A DNA stretch of 64,000 bases from a virus. Taxonomy: Duplodnaviria > Heunggongvirae > Uroviricota > Caudoviricetes. Under the pieces are notes generated by a model. It was not told where the DNA came from. It saw only the letters and a list, made by a program, of their open reading frames with translations, and did not search any database. Of this stretch, positions 26,475 to 35,157 are shown piece by piece; position 1 is the stretch's first letter; the number at the start of each line of letters is the position of its first letter. Position numbers and translations under genes: made by a program. The stretch is from the IMG/VR virus record IMGVR_UViG_3300042922_000270. The stretch is one strand, 5' to 3'.

Positions 26475-26859
26475 GTTCTAATGATCCTGGTTTGTATGAT
26501 GGAGTAATGATATTACCCCACTTACCGGTAAATCTAAGTACATAGGGATATAGTGGCCTCTTAGTGTCCACATTGTGTACAGGATGTATCTGGCCATAGT
26601 AATCACTACCCTCAAGAGTAATCATAACTAGGTCCCCTGTATTGATCTCAGAAAGCTCTAGCTTGTATCTCTCGATACGAGATAGCATCATGTCATAGTC
26701 TGCTACTTGACTAGAATAGTAACTAGAGTGGTCCCAATACTGAACGTGTCTAGTTAGGTTGTTAAACCGATCATAAGTCTTTAGTATCTTATCTACACAG
26801 AAACCCTTACCAGGGTTAGTCTTAGAGATCCAGAGTTGGCCTTTGACTAGCTTGATCAT
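26458..26859 (-). CDS. two-domain GDLV...FTx array member
   Basis: N-terminal GQLW domain plus INTGDLVMI...LELVFTL*. Confidence 0.85.
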   Translation of the reverse strand: MIKLVKGQLWISKTNPGKGFCVDKILKTYDRFNNLTRHVQYWDHSSYYSSQVADYDMMLSRIERYKLELSEINTGDLVMITLEGSDYYGQIHPVHNVDTKRPLYPYVLRFTGKWGNIITPSYKPGSLELVFTL

Positions 26860-27269
26860 ACACTAAAGAGCCTTCTAACCTTGGCAACTTCAGTAATCAC
26901 GTCAATCATAACACCATTATAACTCTTTACCTTAGAGCCGGTCTTAAGTACAAAGGGAGCATTAGGTCGCCCTAGCTGCACCTTCTTTACTTCCAGAATC
27001 TTACCCTTATGGGTTCCGTTATCTAGTACTTCTACTAGGTCACCTACATTGATATTATCTGTGTATAGGTGCATGTTAAAGCCATTGATACGATTAACTA
27101 CTTTGTGTTGGGATACCCAGTACCCCTTCATACCTGTAACCTGAGCCCACTCTTCATACTGATTGGTTACGGGATGGATGTTAGACTTAACATCATGTAT
27201 GTAAATATTATAACTTGGGTCTTTTGGGTGTAACCATAACTGGCCGCCCTTTAGATCTGATTTCTTCAT
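26856..27269 (-). CDS. two-domain GDLV...FSx array member
   Basis: N-terminal GQLW domain plus INVGDLVEV...RRLFSV*. Confidence 0.85.
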   Translation of the reverse strand: MKKSDLKGGQLWLHPKDPSYNIYIHDVKSNIHPVTNQYEEWAQVTGMKGYWVSQHKVVNRINGFNMHLYTDNINVGDLVEVLDNGTHKGKILEVKKVQLGRPNAPFVLKTGSKVKSYNGVMIDVITEVAKVRRLFSV

Positions 27270-27466
27270 GTTGTAAATATTACTTCTAGTGCGCTGGGGT
27301 AGAATCCAGTTTGAGACCCATCAGGAAACTTTACCCATACTGAAACGTACGTATCATAGCCTCCAACGTTGATACCTCTATGAATACTTATTACTTCTGC
27401 TATCTGACCACGCCACTTACTGTGCGGATAATTGACCTGTACTAGGTCACCCCTATTAATATTCAT
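27266..27466 (-). CDS. GDLV...FTx array member
   Basis: INRGDLVQV...LEVIFTT*. Confidence 0.85.
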   Translation of the reverse strand: MNINRGDLVQVNYPHSKWRGQIAEVISIHRGINVGGYDTYVSVWVKFPDGSQTGFYPSALEVIFTT

Positions 27467-27666
27467 ACCGTAAATACTATCTCATAATCACTACCATCTA
27501 GTAGCAGTACACCACTATCGGTCTTAACCCATATTCTAGGTTGGTCACCGCTCCTGCTGGTCATGATAAATGCTAAATTCTTAACTTCGTAGATTCTACC
27601 AAAGTGTTGCTCAATGTAAGCGTATGTACCTGTAACTTGTACTAGGTCTCCAGGGCTAGGCGTCAT
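27463..27666 (-). CDS. GDLV...FTx array member
   Basis: PSPGDLVQV...YEIVFTV*. Confidence 0.85.
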   Translation of the reverse strand: MTPSPGDLVQVTGTYAYIEQHFGRIYEVKNLAFIMTSRSGDQPRIWVKTDSGVLLLDGSDYEIVFTV

Positions 27667-27842
27667 ACTGTAAATACCACTTCGTACTGTCCTTTAGTAA
27701 GGTACAGACTAGCTTTACCGTCTAAACAGCCACACCATACATAGATGGCCCCTACCGGGTTTACTGATGCGTTTCTTATCTCTAAAATCTCACCTACGTG
27801 ACTACCGTCATCGGTGCTTAATACTCTGACTAGATCTTTCAT
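27663..27842 (-). CDS. GDLV...FTx array member
   Basis: (M)KDLVRV...YEVVFTV*; ATGA-coupled start (an upstream ATG at 27863 is possible). Confidence 0.8.
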   Translation of the reverse strand: MKDLVRVLSTDDGSHVGEILEIRNASVNPVGAIYVWCGCLDGKASLYLTKGQYEVVFTV

Positions 27843-28039
27843 ACCGTAAACAATACTTCCCACTCAAAGACTTCTACAAAGCTATCAGCTCCATCAAAAC
27901 AGTCACAATTAGCGTAGACTTTATTCTCAGAGGTAATAGTGTGTACTATTAGAAGTTCACCAGCATGACAGTTATCATCTTCACAGTAGATAACTCGAAT
28001 GATATCCCCTACTTTGGGAATTGCGTTATTATTATCCAT
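27839..28039 (-). CDS. GDLV...FTx array member
   Basis: PKVGDIIRV...WEVLFTV*. Confidence 0.85.
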   Translation of the reverse strand: MDNNNAIPKVGDIIRVIYCEDDNCHAGELLIVHTITSENKVYANCDCFDGADSFVEVFEWEVLFTV

Positions 28040-28049
28040 TGATTAAAAA

Positions 28050-28226
28050 CTACTTAGTAAAAATGATATCCAACTCTCTTGGATAATAAAAAGCGTCATA
28101 TACCCCACTAGGGTATCTTATCTCTACATATATCTGACCACTATAGACTGCACTATCAATCCAAGCCTGTACTTCGAATATCTCACCAGTAGCTTTTAGT
28201 ACTACCAAGTCACCATTATTAATCAT
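28050..28226 (-). CDS. GDLV...FTx array member (58 aa, not in ORF track)
   Basis: MINNGDLVVL...ELDIIFTK*. Confidence 0.85.
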   Translation of the reverse strand: MINNGDLVVLKATGEIFEVQAWIDSAVYSGQIYVEIRYPSGVYDAFYYPRELDIIFTK

Positions 28227-28414
28227 AGTGTGAAGGCTAACTCGAACTCGTTCTCATAGAAGTACATCAGCTTCTCTCGGATGTAGTATCTAGCCTGTAC
28301 AACACCTAGAACCTCGCACTCATCTAAAGATTCTACAGTGTATACACCTTTAAAGTTATCTTTAAGTTTGCCATATGTGATGACTATTAGGTCACCTATG
28401 TTTGCTTTGTTCAT
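28223..28414 (-). CDS. GDLV...FTx array member
   Basis: ANIGDLIVI...FELAFTL*. Confidence 0.85.
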   Translation of the reverse strand: MNKANIGDLIVITYGKLKDNFKGVYTVESLDECEVLGVVQARYYIREKLMYFYENEFELAFTL

Positions 28415-28442
28415 AAACTTATTAAGGGGAGCCTAGGCTCCC

Positions 28443-28745
28443 CTATTGATCTTCCAGTACTTCTTTGATGACATCACCATGACATGCTAGTGGGGCACAC
28501 CAGCATACTAGGTTAGCATCTTTGGGGATGGACTTGAGAGCAGTCAACACAAGAGGGTCCTTGTCCTGGATTCTCTTAAGTAGCCACTTCTTGTACAGCT
28601 CTACTGATTCCTCACGAGACTCAGTCTTGAACTTAGCCAAGGTATTGTCTTTGTGAGAGTAGGGATTACCTAGAGGACTAGGCCGTCCAATGTAGAAGTC
28701 TTTAGGAGTACCCTTGTGGGTACGCTTATTGACTACTGTTATCAT
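28443..28745 (-). CDS. DUF4326 domain protein
   Basis: YIGRPSPLGNPY...LVCWCAPLACHGDVI. Confidence 0.88.
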   Translation of the reverse strand: MITVVNKRTHKGTPKDFYIGRPSPLGNPYSHKDNTLAKFKTESREESVELYKKWLLKRIQDKDPLVLTALKSIPKDANLVCWCAPLACHGDVIKEVLEDQ

Positions 28746-29122
28746 TGGGACTTGACCATGTTGGTGATGGTCTTGATGGCATAGTACTCAGGGTTGATGG
28801 CTTTTAGGGCATTGTCAGCTGCACAGGACAGAAACACAAAGGATATCAGTCCTATGATTGCAGCTAATACTCCTAGCCCTATGCACATACCCAAGAAGTC
28901 GTACCTATCGTTATCCTTCCACACGCTGCTGATAGTTTTGATGCATATGACGATTAGCCAGATACATACCACAACGGCAGCTAGCTGGATGATCCCGTAT
29001 ACGATTCCTTCGGCCACCATCTGGCGGACGAGAACTTCGTATACGTGGTGAGCTGCTACACCAAGCTTCTGGGCTAAGGCTTCGATTGTCTTAGTGAGAT
29101 GCTCTTGTAAGGCTTTGTCCAT
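28742..29122 (-). CDS. membrane protein
   Basis: Two TM segments, C-terminal NPEYYAI. Confidence 0.8.
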   Translation of the reverse strand: MDKALQEHLTKTIEALAQKLGVAAHHVYEVLVRQMVAEGIVYGIIQLAAVVVCIWLIVICIKTISSVWKDNDRYDFLGMCIGLGVLAAIIGLISFVFLSCAADNALKAINPEYYAIKTITNMVKSQ

Positions 29123-29285
29123 GGGTAACCTTTCTTTGATAGATGCTTCTCAGATGAGCCAATAGTTGCTGGTGTATTCTGTAACACTCACAATTCTTGG
29201 TCTTGTAGAAGCAGTTGTTGCGGGCATGCATAGCATTGTTGAGATGCCGTTTACGGTAATTCTTGTAGAATTCTTTGTTAGCCAT
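29091..29285 (-). CDS. small basic hypothetical protein
   Basis: 64-aa ORF. Confidence 0.5.
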   Translation of the reverse strand: MANKEFYKNYRKRHLNNAMHARNNCFYKTKNCECYRIHQQLLAHLRSIYQRKVTHGQSLTRASH

Positions 29286-29375
29286 GGAGTTTCTTTCTAT
29301 CTCTGAAATAGTGCTAATGGGAATTGAGTCCTAAGGAACCGTTCAGTTAAAAAGAGAGTAAATAAATACTCTCTT

Positions 29376-30626
29376 TTATAGACCAAATAGATTGTTAAGT
29401 GTAGGGACCAAATCCAGATAGTAGAACACCAGAGGAATAGCCAGACACCCGAACATAACCTGTTGAGGTAGTTCAAGCTTACGGCATATCAAGCTGATGA
29501 TAACACCGGGAATGGTAGCAAGCACAGCTACTGTATGATTACCAACAAGAGTGAGACTAAATACAGACATGACAAGCAGGAATCCACTAGTCATTCTTAT
29601 AGGAAGTTTCTGTGCCACTTGGATGTATGGCATTGTAATCTTCTTGGTAATAACAGACCCAGCAGCAAGACTAGCAACCATACACACTACTAAGAGAGCA
29701 ATGGTAATCGGTTCAGTCTTAATACTGGGAACTATGCGACCCAATAGAACAGCTTCACCTGAGCGACCAATACCTAAGGTCATGATTAAGAGAATAGCAG
29801 TGATACTATTAGCAGCTTGAGCAGCAGCAGATGCATACACATACTTCTCATCAGATGTAAGCTTATGCGTAAACAGAGTGATGAAACTAGAGGTACCAAG
29901 ACCAGCTAAGAATCCTGTTGAACTACCAACAAGAGCACCAATGACAGCTAAGTCTCTGGGCATCTCAGGTATAGGAAGCTTGAACTGTTTCTTAATCCTG
30001 GACTTAGTATCCATCATAGCTGTGACTAGCATGGGGATGGCAATCAGACCGTTAAGAATCGGGAGCAGAGAGTGCTCGTTGCCACGAAGAAGAGGATGGT
30101 GTAGGACAATATATCCATAGAGTCCGGTGGTCATGAGACCTAGGAAAGTTAGTATAGCGTTCTTACTTTGAACACAGGTATAGATAATCCAGATGAAGAT
30201 GACTACAATAGCCATCGGCTTGATGACGCTTTGCATCATTTCCAAGAGAGAACCTTGTACGATAGCAGACAGTGTAGCGAGAATAGCAACAATGATAGTA
30301 ATCACGTGCATACTACTATCGATAGCATCAATCTGTAGCCGTAGAGCTGTTAGGCCTTTGCCTTTGGATGTCATCCTCAGGACGGGATCTTGGCCATCCA
30401 TATTGGTTGACGCCACTGGATGGAAGGTACCTGCTAGACAATGTGTGTAGATACCAGTACAAGCAGCAGATATGATGAATACTGCTGTATTAACTGGACC
30501 GAATCCAGCAGATAGACTTCCAGCCAGTAGCAACAGGATTAATGTCGAGTGAAGACCCGGCACTAATCCTGTTATGGTTCCGAGTAGGATGCCTGCCCCT
30601 AAGAAGGCTAGCTCCACACCCCGCAC
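29376..30626 (-). CDS. TctA-like (tripartite tricarboxylate transporter family) multi-pass membrane protein
   Basis: GILLGTITGLVPGLH N-terminal motif repeated as GALVGSSTGFLAGLG; about 10-12 hydrophobic segments. Confidence 0.7.
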   Translation of the reverse strand: MRGVELAFLGAGILLGTITGLVPGLHSTLILLLLAGSLSAGFGPVNTAVFIISAACTGIYTHCLAGTFHPVASTNMDGQDPVLRMTSKGKGLTALRLQIDAIDSSMHVITIIVAILATLSAIVQGSLLEMMQSVIKPMAIVVIFIWIIYTCVQSKNAILTFLGLMTTGLYGYIVLHHPLLRGNEHSLLPILNGLIAIPMLVTAMMDTKSRIKKQFKLPIPEMPRDLAVIGALVGSSTGFLAGLGTSSFITLFTHKLTSDEKYVYASAAAQAANSITAILLIMTLGIGRSGEAVLLGRIVPSIKTEPITIALLVVCMVASLAAGSVITKKITMPYIQVAQKLPIRMTSGFLLVMSVFSLTLVGNHTVAVLATIPGVIISLICRKLELPQQVMFGCLAIPLVFYYLDLVPTLNNLFGL

Positions 30627-31036
30627 AGCTCAACAACGTTCTCAATCTTGAGCATGTTGACCATCTGGGACTGAGCGAGCTTGTTCATGGCATCGAGGAC
30701 AGAGATGCCCGAGATCACGAAGTCTTGGTCAGTGGACTTCAGGATGCCCTGCGCCACCAACTCTTTGTGGTAGTCGGGCTCAAGGTCAATGGCCCAGCAA
30801 CGCTGATGCTTGAGCGAGAAGGTGTTCACGGGCTTGGTGGGCGTGACGGTACGCGAAGGACGGGGAGGATTGGGGATGCCCTGGAAGTACTGAGTGCGCT
30901 TCTCTTCGGGAGCAGGCAGCACGGTGGAAGCCTCTTTGGCCTCAACGGAAACTTCGGGAACAACAGCCACCTGAGGCTCGTTGTTGGACTCAACCGTAGC
31001 GGGAGCGGTAGGGATCTGACCATCAATCGTCATCAT
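30608..31036 (-). CDS. hypothetical protein
   Basis: AGGAG SD, strong codon bias. Confidence 0.75.
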   Translation of the reverse strand: MMTIDGQIPTAPATVESNNEPQVAVVPEVSVEAKEASTVLPAPEEKRTQYFQGIPNPPRPSRTVTPTKPVNTFSLKHQRCWAIDLEPDYHKELVAQGILKSTDQDFVISGISVLDAMNKLAQSQMVNMLKIENVVELCGVWS

Positions 31037-31057
31037 CTTAAATATCTCCTAAACTTG

Positions 31058-31351
31058 TTACTCGCCAGCTTGAACTTTGCTAGCAAGGTCTTGGGTACGC
31101 CAGTCTTTCTTTAGTAGATTGAGAATCGTGAGAAGTTGAGCCATAGGCTCTGGAAGGTATGCGAGTTTCTCAGCACCAACACAGTTGGTCTTTGTCCCAC
31201 GAATATGAGGATAGGCGATTACAATCCTGTAACCATCATTCCTTTTTGTACCATGAGCATCTTCAAACTGAACATTCTTGGCAAAGATATATCCCATGGA
31301 ACCTGGATATTCCAATAGAGTGATGTAGTCACTCACCTGGAAATCAGGCAT
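31058..31351 (-). CDS. hypothetical protein
   Basis: GGAGG SD. Confidence 0.7.
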   Translation of the reverse strand: MPDFQVSDYITLLEYPGSMGYIFAKNVQFEDAHGTKRNDGYRIVIAYPHIRGTKTNCVGAEKLAYLPEPMAQLLTILNLLKKDWRTQDLASKVQAGE

Positions 31352-31420
31352 CTGGAACCTCCCTTCTATTTGATACCTACAAGGGATATTAAGTAGTAAT
31401 TAAGTAGGGTACGTAGGGGT

Positions 31421-32044
31421 CTATTTCATGGCCTTAAGCACCTGAATATTGCCTTCAGAGTCCTTGCAAATGATAAGTTCGGAGTATACTCCATCATCTA
31501 AACCACGAAGGATAATGCGAGCAAGACCTTGGCCATGTTCGAATGTACCAACATGGTTCTTTACGTTCACATTGTAGATGGTATCGTAGTCAACAATGGA
31601 AGTGAGTATCTTGATGTCTTGATAGACAGAACAGGTGTAAATGTCTTCACCAAGGATGTTGGCTTTGACAGATATCTTAGTACCTGCTTGGAGGGTGAAC
31701 CGTTCTTTCATATCAGCAGTGAGGACTATCTTCTTACCATTATCAAGGTTGAGCATGATGCCGCCCTTGGATGCAGGTAACTTGGAGACAATGGTGCCTT
31801 CAATTGATTGTTTGGATAGTTCTGCTGTTTGATGAGACTTATTCATGTTAGACAGGAAGATGACTACTACCGAGAGCATACCGCAGAATATGAGTGCGAT
31901 GATGACCTTAGTGTAGTCTACCTGAATGCTGGCCTTAGGTTGGGACTTGACCTTACGAGGAGCAGGGGGACTTTCGTCTTCTTGCTCCTCAGACCGGACT
32001 GCAGCATTCATATCCTCGATTGAACCGTGTATATTCAGTCCCAT
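31421..32044 (-). CDS. membrane-anchored protein, possible OB-fold
   Basis: Single TM then beta-rich IEGTIVS...GTKISVKA. Confidence 0.7.
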   Translation of the reverse strand: MGLNIHGSIEDMNAAVRSEEQEDESPPAPRKVKSQPKASIQVDYTKVIIALIFCGMLSVVVIFLSNMNKSHQTAELSKQSIEGTIVSKLPASKGGIMLNLDNGKKIVLTADMKERFTLQAGTKISVKANILGEDIYTCSVYQDIKILTSIVDYDTIYNVNVKNHVGTFEHGQGLARIILRGLDDGVYSELIICKDSEGNIQVLKAMK

Positions 32045-32164
32045 GATTACTCATCCACTTCGATGTTGGTGGACTTACATTGGGGACACTTGGTAGCATC
32101 CTTGGTGGTGAACTCGTGGTTGCAATCCAAACAGAAGTGCTTCCAGGACATACGTTTATCCTTT

Positions 32165-32461
32165 CTAAAGAAGATCACTCACGGCAGCCAGGATATACTC
32201 CTTGGACTTGTCCTTGAGGGTTTCATGGTTCACGTAGATACACCGATGATCAGCCTTCTTTACCTCGTAAGGTTCAGGAGACAGTTCAGGGATGATGGTG
32301 TACTTGTTGTTGAGTTGGGAGTTTACCCACAGGAGTTTACCCAGGAACTCTCCTGCCTCACGTTCACGTCCGTACAGAGCACGCATGAGAATCAGGTTAG
32401 CTTCCTTGAGCATCTCTGTTCTCTCATCACGCTTCTTCTTACGTTCAGTAAACTCATCCAT
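32165..32461 (-). CDS. hypothetical protein
   Basis: Coupled ORF. Confidence 0.65.
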   Translation of the reverse strand: MDEFTERKKKRDERTEMLKEANLILMRALYGREREAGEFLGKLLWVNSQLNNKYTIIPELSPEPYEVKKADHRCIYVNHETLKDKSKEYILAAVSDLL

Positions 32462-32690
32462 CTTGACGCACCCACGCTTGAGTACGCCCAGCCTCTTGGG
32501 ACCTGGCGTGATTGGCCATCAACTTGAGCTGGTGCTGGAGGGTGTTGTGCTTCAGATCACCCAGCTCTTTCAGGACCTTAATCTGAGAGGTGCCGATGAA
32601 CAGAGGACTGCCAGAGGGCAACTGCTCAATGAACTCACGGAAGGCATTGATCTTAGAGATCGCCTGGTGGGTCTGATACAGAGTGTCCAT
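32454..32690 (-). CDS. hypothetical protein
   Basis: AGGAG SD. Confidence 0.65.
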   Translation of the reverse strand: MDTLYQTHQAISKINAFREFIEQLPSGSPLFIGTSQIKVLKELGDLKHNTLQHQLKLMANHARSQEAGRTQAWVRQDG

Positions 32691-32741
32691 AAACTTTAAT
32701 CTCCTATCTCTGAGGTTGCCTAAGAACTATGGGTCAAGGTA

Positions 32742-32770
32742 TTGACTTTAGTGATTTTAAGCGTTATACT
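32742..32770 (+). promoter_or_regulatory. sigma70-like promoter
   Basis: TTGACT-17-TATACT. Confidence 0.75.
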
Positions 32771-33063
32771 TGTGAGTACACAGTACGATCAGTGTAGCCC
32801 CCTAGCCACGCGGCGACTGAGCTGTGAAACCTCCTAAGGGAGGGTTACTAGAAAAGGTTCCTAAGAAACCTCAGACACTAGTAAGGGAAGAGTATTAAGA
32901 AAGGGTTACAAGAGACCTTTCCTAAGAACCTAATCCTTAACTCTGACAGAGATAAAGATAAGTCTCTCAAGAGAACTTCTTAAGAAGTCTATCAAGATAG
33001 AATCTTGAGTTCCCTTCGGTCACTCAAGATTCTGGAAACACTAGGTTACAGCCAAAGAGGCTA

Positions 33064-33516
33064 TTGATGATTGCGCCACCTTTAGAAATCTATACTGATG
33101 GATCCTGTTTAGCTAACCCTGGAGGTGCTATAGGATTCTCTGCTGTTGTTACTCAGGCAGGTATGGTTATCAACCAACACGTCTCAGGTTATAAGACGGG
33201 GACATCCAACCAGGCTGAGCTTCTAGCAGTGATCATGGCTCTGAGTAGTCTCGCTCCCTATAAGGATCTAGTAGTCTACTCAGACAGTCAGTACGTAATT
33301 AAGGGTATGACAGAGTGGAAGCCTAACAGACTCAAGAAGATGGTCTGGAAGGACAAGGTACCTAACGAGAAGATGTGGAGACAGCTAGACGACCTAGCTA
33401 GTAAGCATACTATCAGGTGGGTCTGGGTGAAGGGTCACAACGGTAACCACTACAACGAGATAGCTGATAGATTAGCCAACGAAGAAGCACACAAGTTTAA
33501 GGAGACAGCCAGATAG
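33064..33516 (+). CDS. rnhA: ribonuclease HI
   Basis: IYTDGSCLANPG, TSNQAEL.AVI.AL, SDSQYVI.G, WVKGHNG..YNE.AD.LA. Confidence 0.95.
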   Translation: MMIAPPLEIYTDGSCLANPGGAIGFSAVVTQAGMVINQHVSGYKTGTSNQAELLAVIMALSSLAPYKDLVVYSDSQYVIKGMTEWKPNRLKKMVWKDKVPNEKMWRQLDDLASKHTIRWVWVKGHNGNHYNEIADRLANEEAHKFKETAR

Positions 33517-33534
33517 GTTGTCTCCTTTATTTTA
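33499..33534 (+). terminator. intrinsic terminator after rnhA
   Basis: AAGGAGACAGCC/GGTTGTCTCCTT plus TATTTT. Confidence 0.75.
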
Positions 33535-33671
33535 TGTGTTCTAGTTCAATCCACTTGGACACATTAGCGTAGATATGAAGACATACCCATTGCATAGCAT
33601 CCACAGGATTCCCAGGAACCCAAGTGTTTGTTTGTGCATATGTTTCTCCTCTATGACTAAGGGAAGAATAA

Positions 33672-33763
33672 CCCCACGGCAGGATTTGATACCTACAACC
33701 CGAGCTTGCCGGCCTACCCATTACTAGATAGACTGCTCGTGCCCTTCTTTAGACGATCGTGGG
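33672..33763 (-). ncRNA. tRNA-like RNA with anticodon loop replaced by a GNRA hairpin
   Basis: CCCACG/CGTGGG acceptor, GTAGG-TATCAAAT-CCTGC T-arm, CGAGC/GCTCG enclosing GTCTATCTA-GTAA-TGGGTAGGC. Confidence 0.55.
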
Positions 33764-33767
33764 TGGC

Positions 33768-34070
33768 CTAAGGGATAACCATTACTGGCTCCCCTAGACC
33801 TGCTACATACCCCGAAAGGTATGCTCGATACCTCACTTGCATGCTCTGGTTATCATGCGAGCCACCAGGACCAGCCCCAGTGAAACTCATGGTGGGTACC
33901 ATTGTTTGCACCATGTACGTAGTCTTCTCCTTATCGTGCGTAGGGAGAGACCTCTGGTGTAGACTGTCTGCTGCACAAGCAGCCGCGCATACCCAGGACG
34001 GGTACTGGGCGGCACAGACATTACAAAGGGAGTGCTAGTCCCTCACCTGCAGCTAGCACTTTGCAGGTCC
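33768..34070 (-). ncRNA. putative structured ncRNA island
   Basis: Dense hairpins and no credible ORF; complementary loops at 34027-34067. Confidence 0.5.
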
Positions 34071-34074
34071 ATAC

Positions 34075-34208
34075 ATTCTGCTGGTGGACTCGAACCACCT
34101 TTCTCTAACCGTAGTTAGCGCTTTATCCTGGTACTGAACCCATCACTCTTTTGGCTGTCCCTATTACGGGCTGTGACAGAGAACTCTTCCGTATAAGCTA
34201 AAGCAGAA
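34075..34208 (-). ncRNA. tRNA-like RNA with large D-loop insertion and no anticodon
   Basis: TTCTGCT/AGCAGAA, GCTT/AAGC D stem enclosing about 65 nt, CTAAC-TACG-GTTAG, GGTGG-TTCGAGT-CCACC. Confidence 0.65.
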
Positions 34209-34338
34209 TAGTGAGATAGGAGACCGAGGAAACCTATCCCGGATATACAAGCTACCTCTGGAAACGCCCAGAGCCGATACACCCAACTTTGACCCAGACG
34301 CAGAGCGTTATGGATCGTATCTTCTTCTCTTGTATAAG

Positions 34339-34412
34339 CCCGCACGCCTGGATTCGAACCAGGGACCCTCGGATTAGAAGTCCGATGCTCTATCCATCTG
34401 AGCTACGCACGG
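34339..34412 (-). tRNA. tRNA-Arg(TCT)
   Basis: TCGGA-CTTCTAA-TCCGA. Confidence 0.95.
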
Positions 34413-34673
34413 TGATGATTACTTCTTGTTGAGACCCTTGGTGACGCACCACTGAGTCTTACCGCAGTTACAGTAGACACAACGACAGTTCATGATGGAG
34501 AGTCCTTTCTCTACTAAGGGTAGCCCTATCACCTTTGTGTTGGTGACTAAGGCTACCCGCTGCTATGAAGATGATCAAGGTGAGTGGTGAAAGCAAACAC
34601 CCTGATCACTCTAATCTGGGACAGTGACGAAAGATATCCCAGATAGAAACTTGGGCCATATTAAAGGCCCCAG

Positions 34674-34746
34674 TGGAACCTCAGGGATTCGAACCCTGGA
34701 CCAATGGATTATGAGTCCACTGCTCTAACCGCTGAGCTAAGGTTCC
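34674..34746 (-). tRNA. tRNA(CAT), probably Ile2 (lysidine type)
   Basis: GTGGA-CTCATAA-TCCAT; Ile2-like body. Confidence 0.88.
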
Positions 34747-34770
34747 CTGGGAATGAACGAAGACCTTCGA

Positions 34771-35058
34771 TTAGTCCTGCTCGATACCGGTGTCAGCAAG
34801 GTCGTCTGCCTCGTAACCTGACCCATTAGAGGAATGACTCAGACAGGGATCATCAGTGATGACTCTGTTGAGGATATCCTCAGGCGTAGGCCTGATTAGC
34901 TTAGCATCAACCCATCTGGGTTTGTTGGATCCCTTTGGCATGACTTTGACCTTGTTATTGGTCTCATCATATTCCATGAAGAACCCTCGAACAAACGTGA
35001 CACCAGTGATAGAGTATTCAATTTCAGTCTTCGGCTGTGGTCTATACTGCTGTGGCAT
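34771..35058 (-). CDS. hypothetical protein
   Basis: 95 aa with SD. Confidence 0.65.
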   Translation of the reverse strand: MPQQYRPQPKTEIEYSITGVTFVRGFFMEYDETNNKVKVMPKGSNKPRWVDAKLIRPTPEDILNRVITDDPCLSHSSNGSGYEADDLADTGIEQD

Positions 35059-35157
35059 GGTTGTGGGGTTACCTTTGAAAGCTACACCCAGAAGGCCCCA
35101 TAGATATTACTACCTACAGGGCCCTCTGGATCTAGGGCTTACCTAGTAAGAAGGGTG

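Larger units (their letters stand above)
24961..28414 (-). repeat. tandem array of 16 paralogous GDLV...FTx genes
   Basis: Stops spaced 184-197 nt in the core; shared junction of the type GARCTTGTCTTYACN...GGTGA. Confidence 0.9.

Noticed and set aside
24961-28414. Array as a diversity-generating retroelement or integron
   Set aside because: No reverse transcriptase, template repeat, adenine-specific variation, integrase or attC sites in the window
33640-34335. tmRNA, RNase P RNA or group I intron assignment
   Set aside because: No GGGG 5' end with Ala identity and tag ORF, and no recognisable RNase P or intron core motifs; left unassigned
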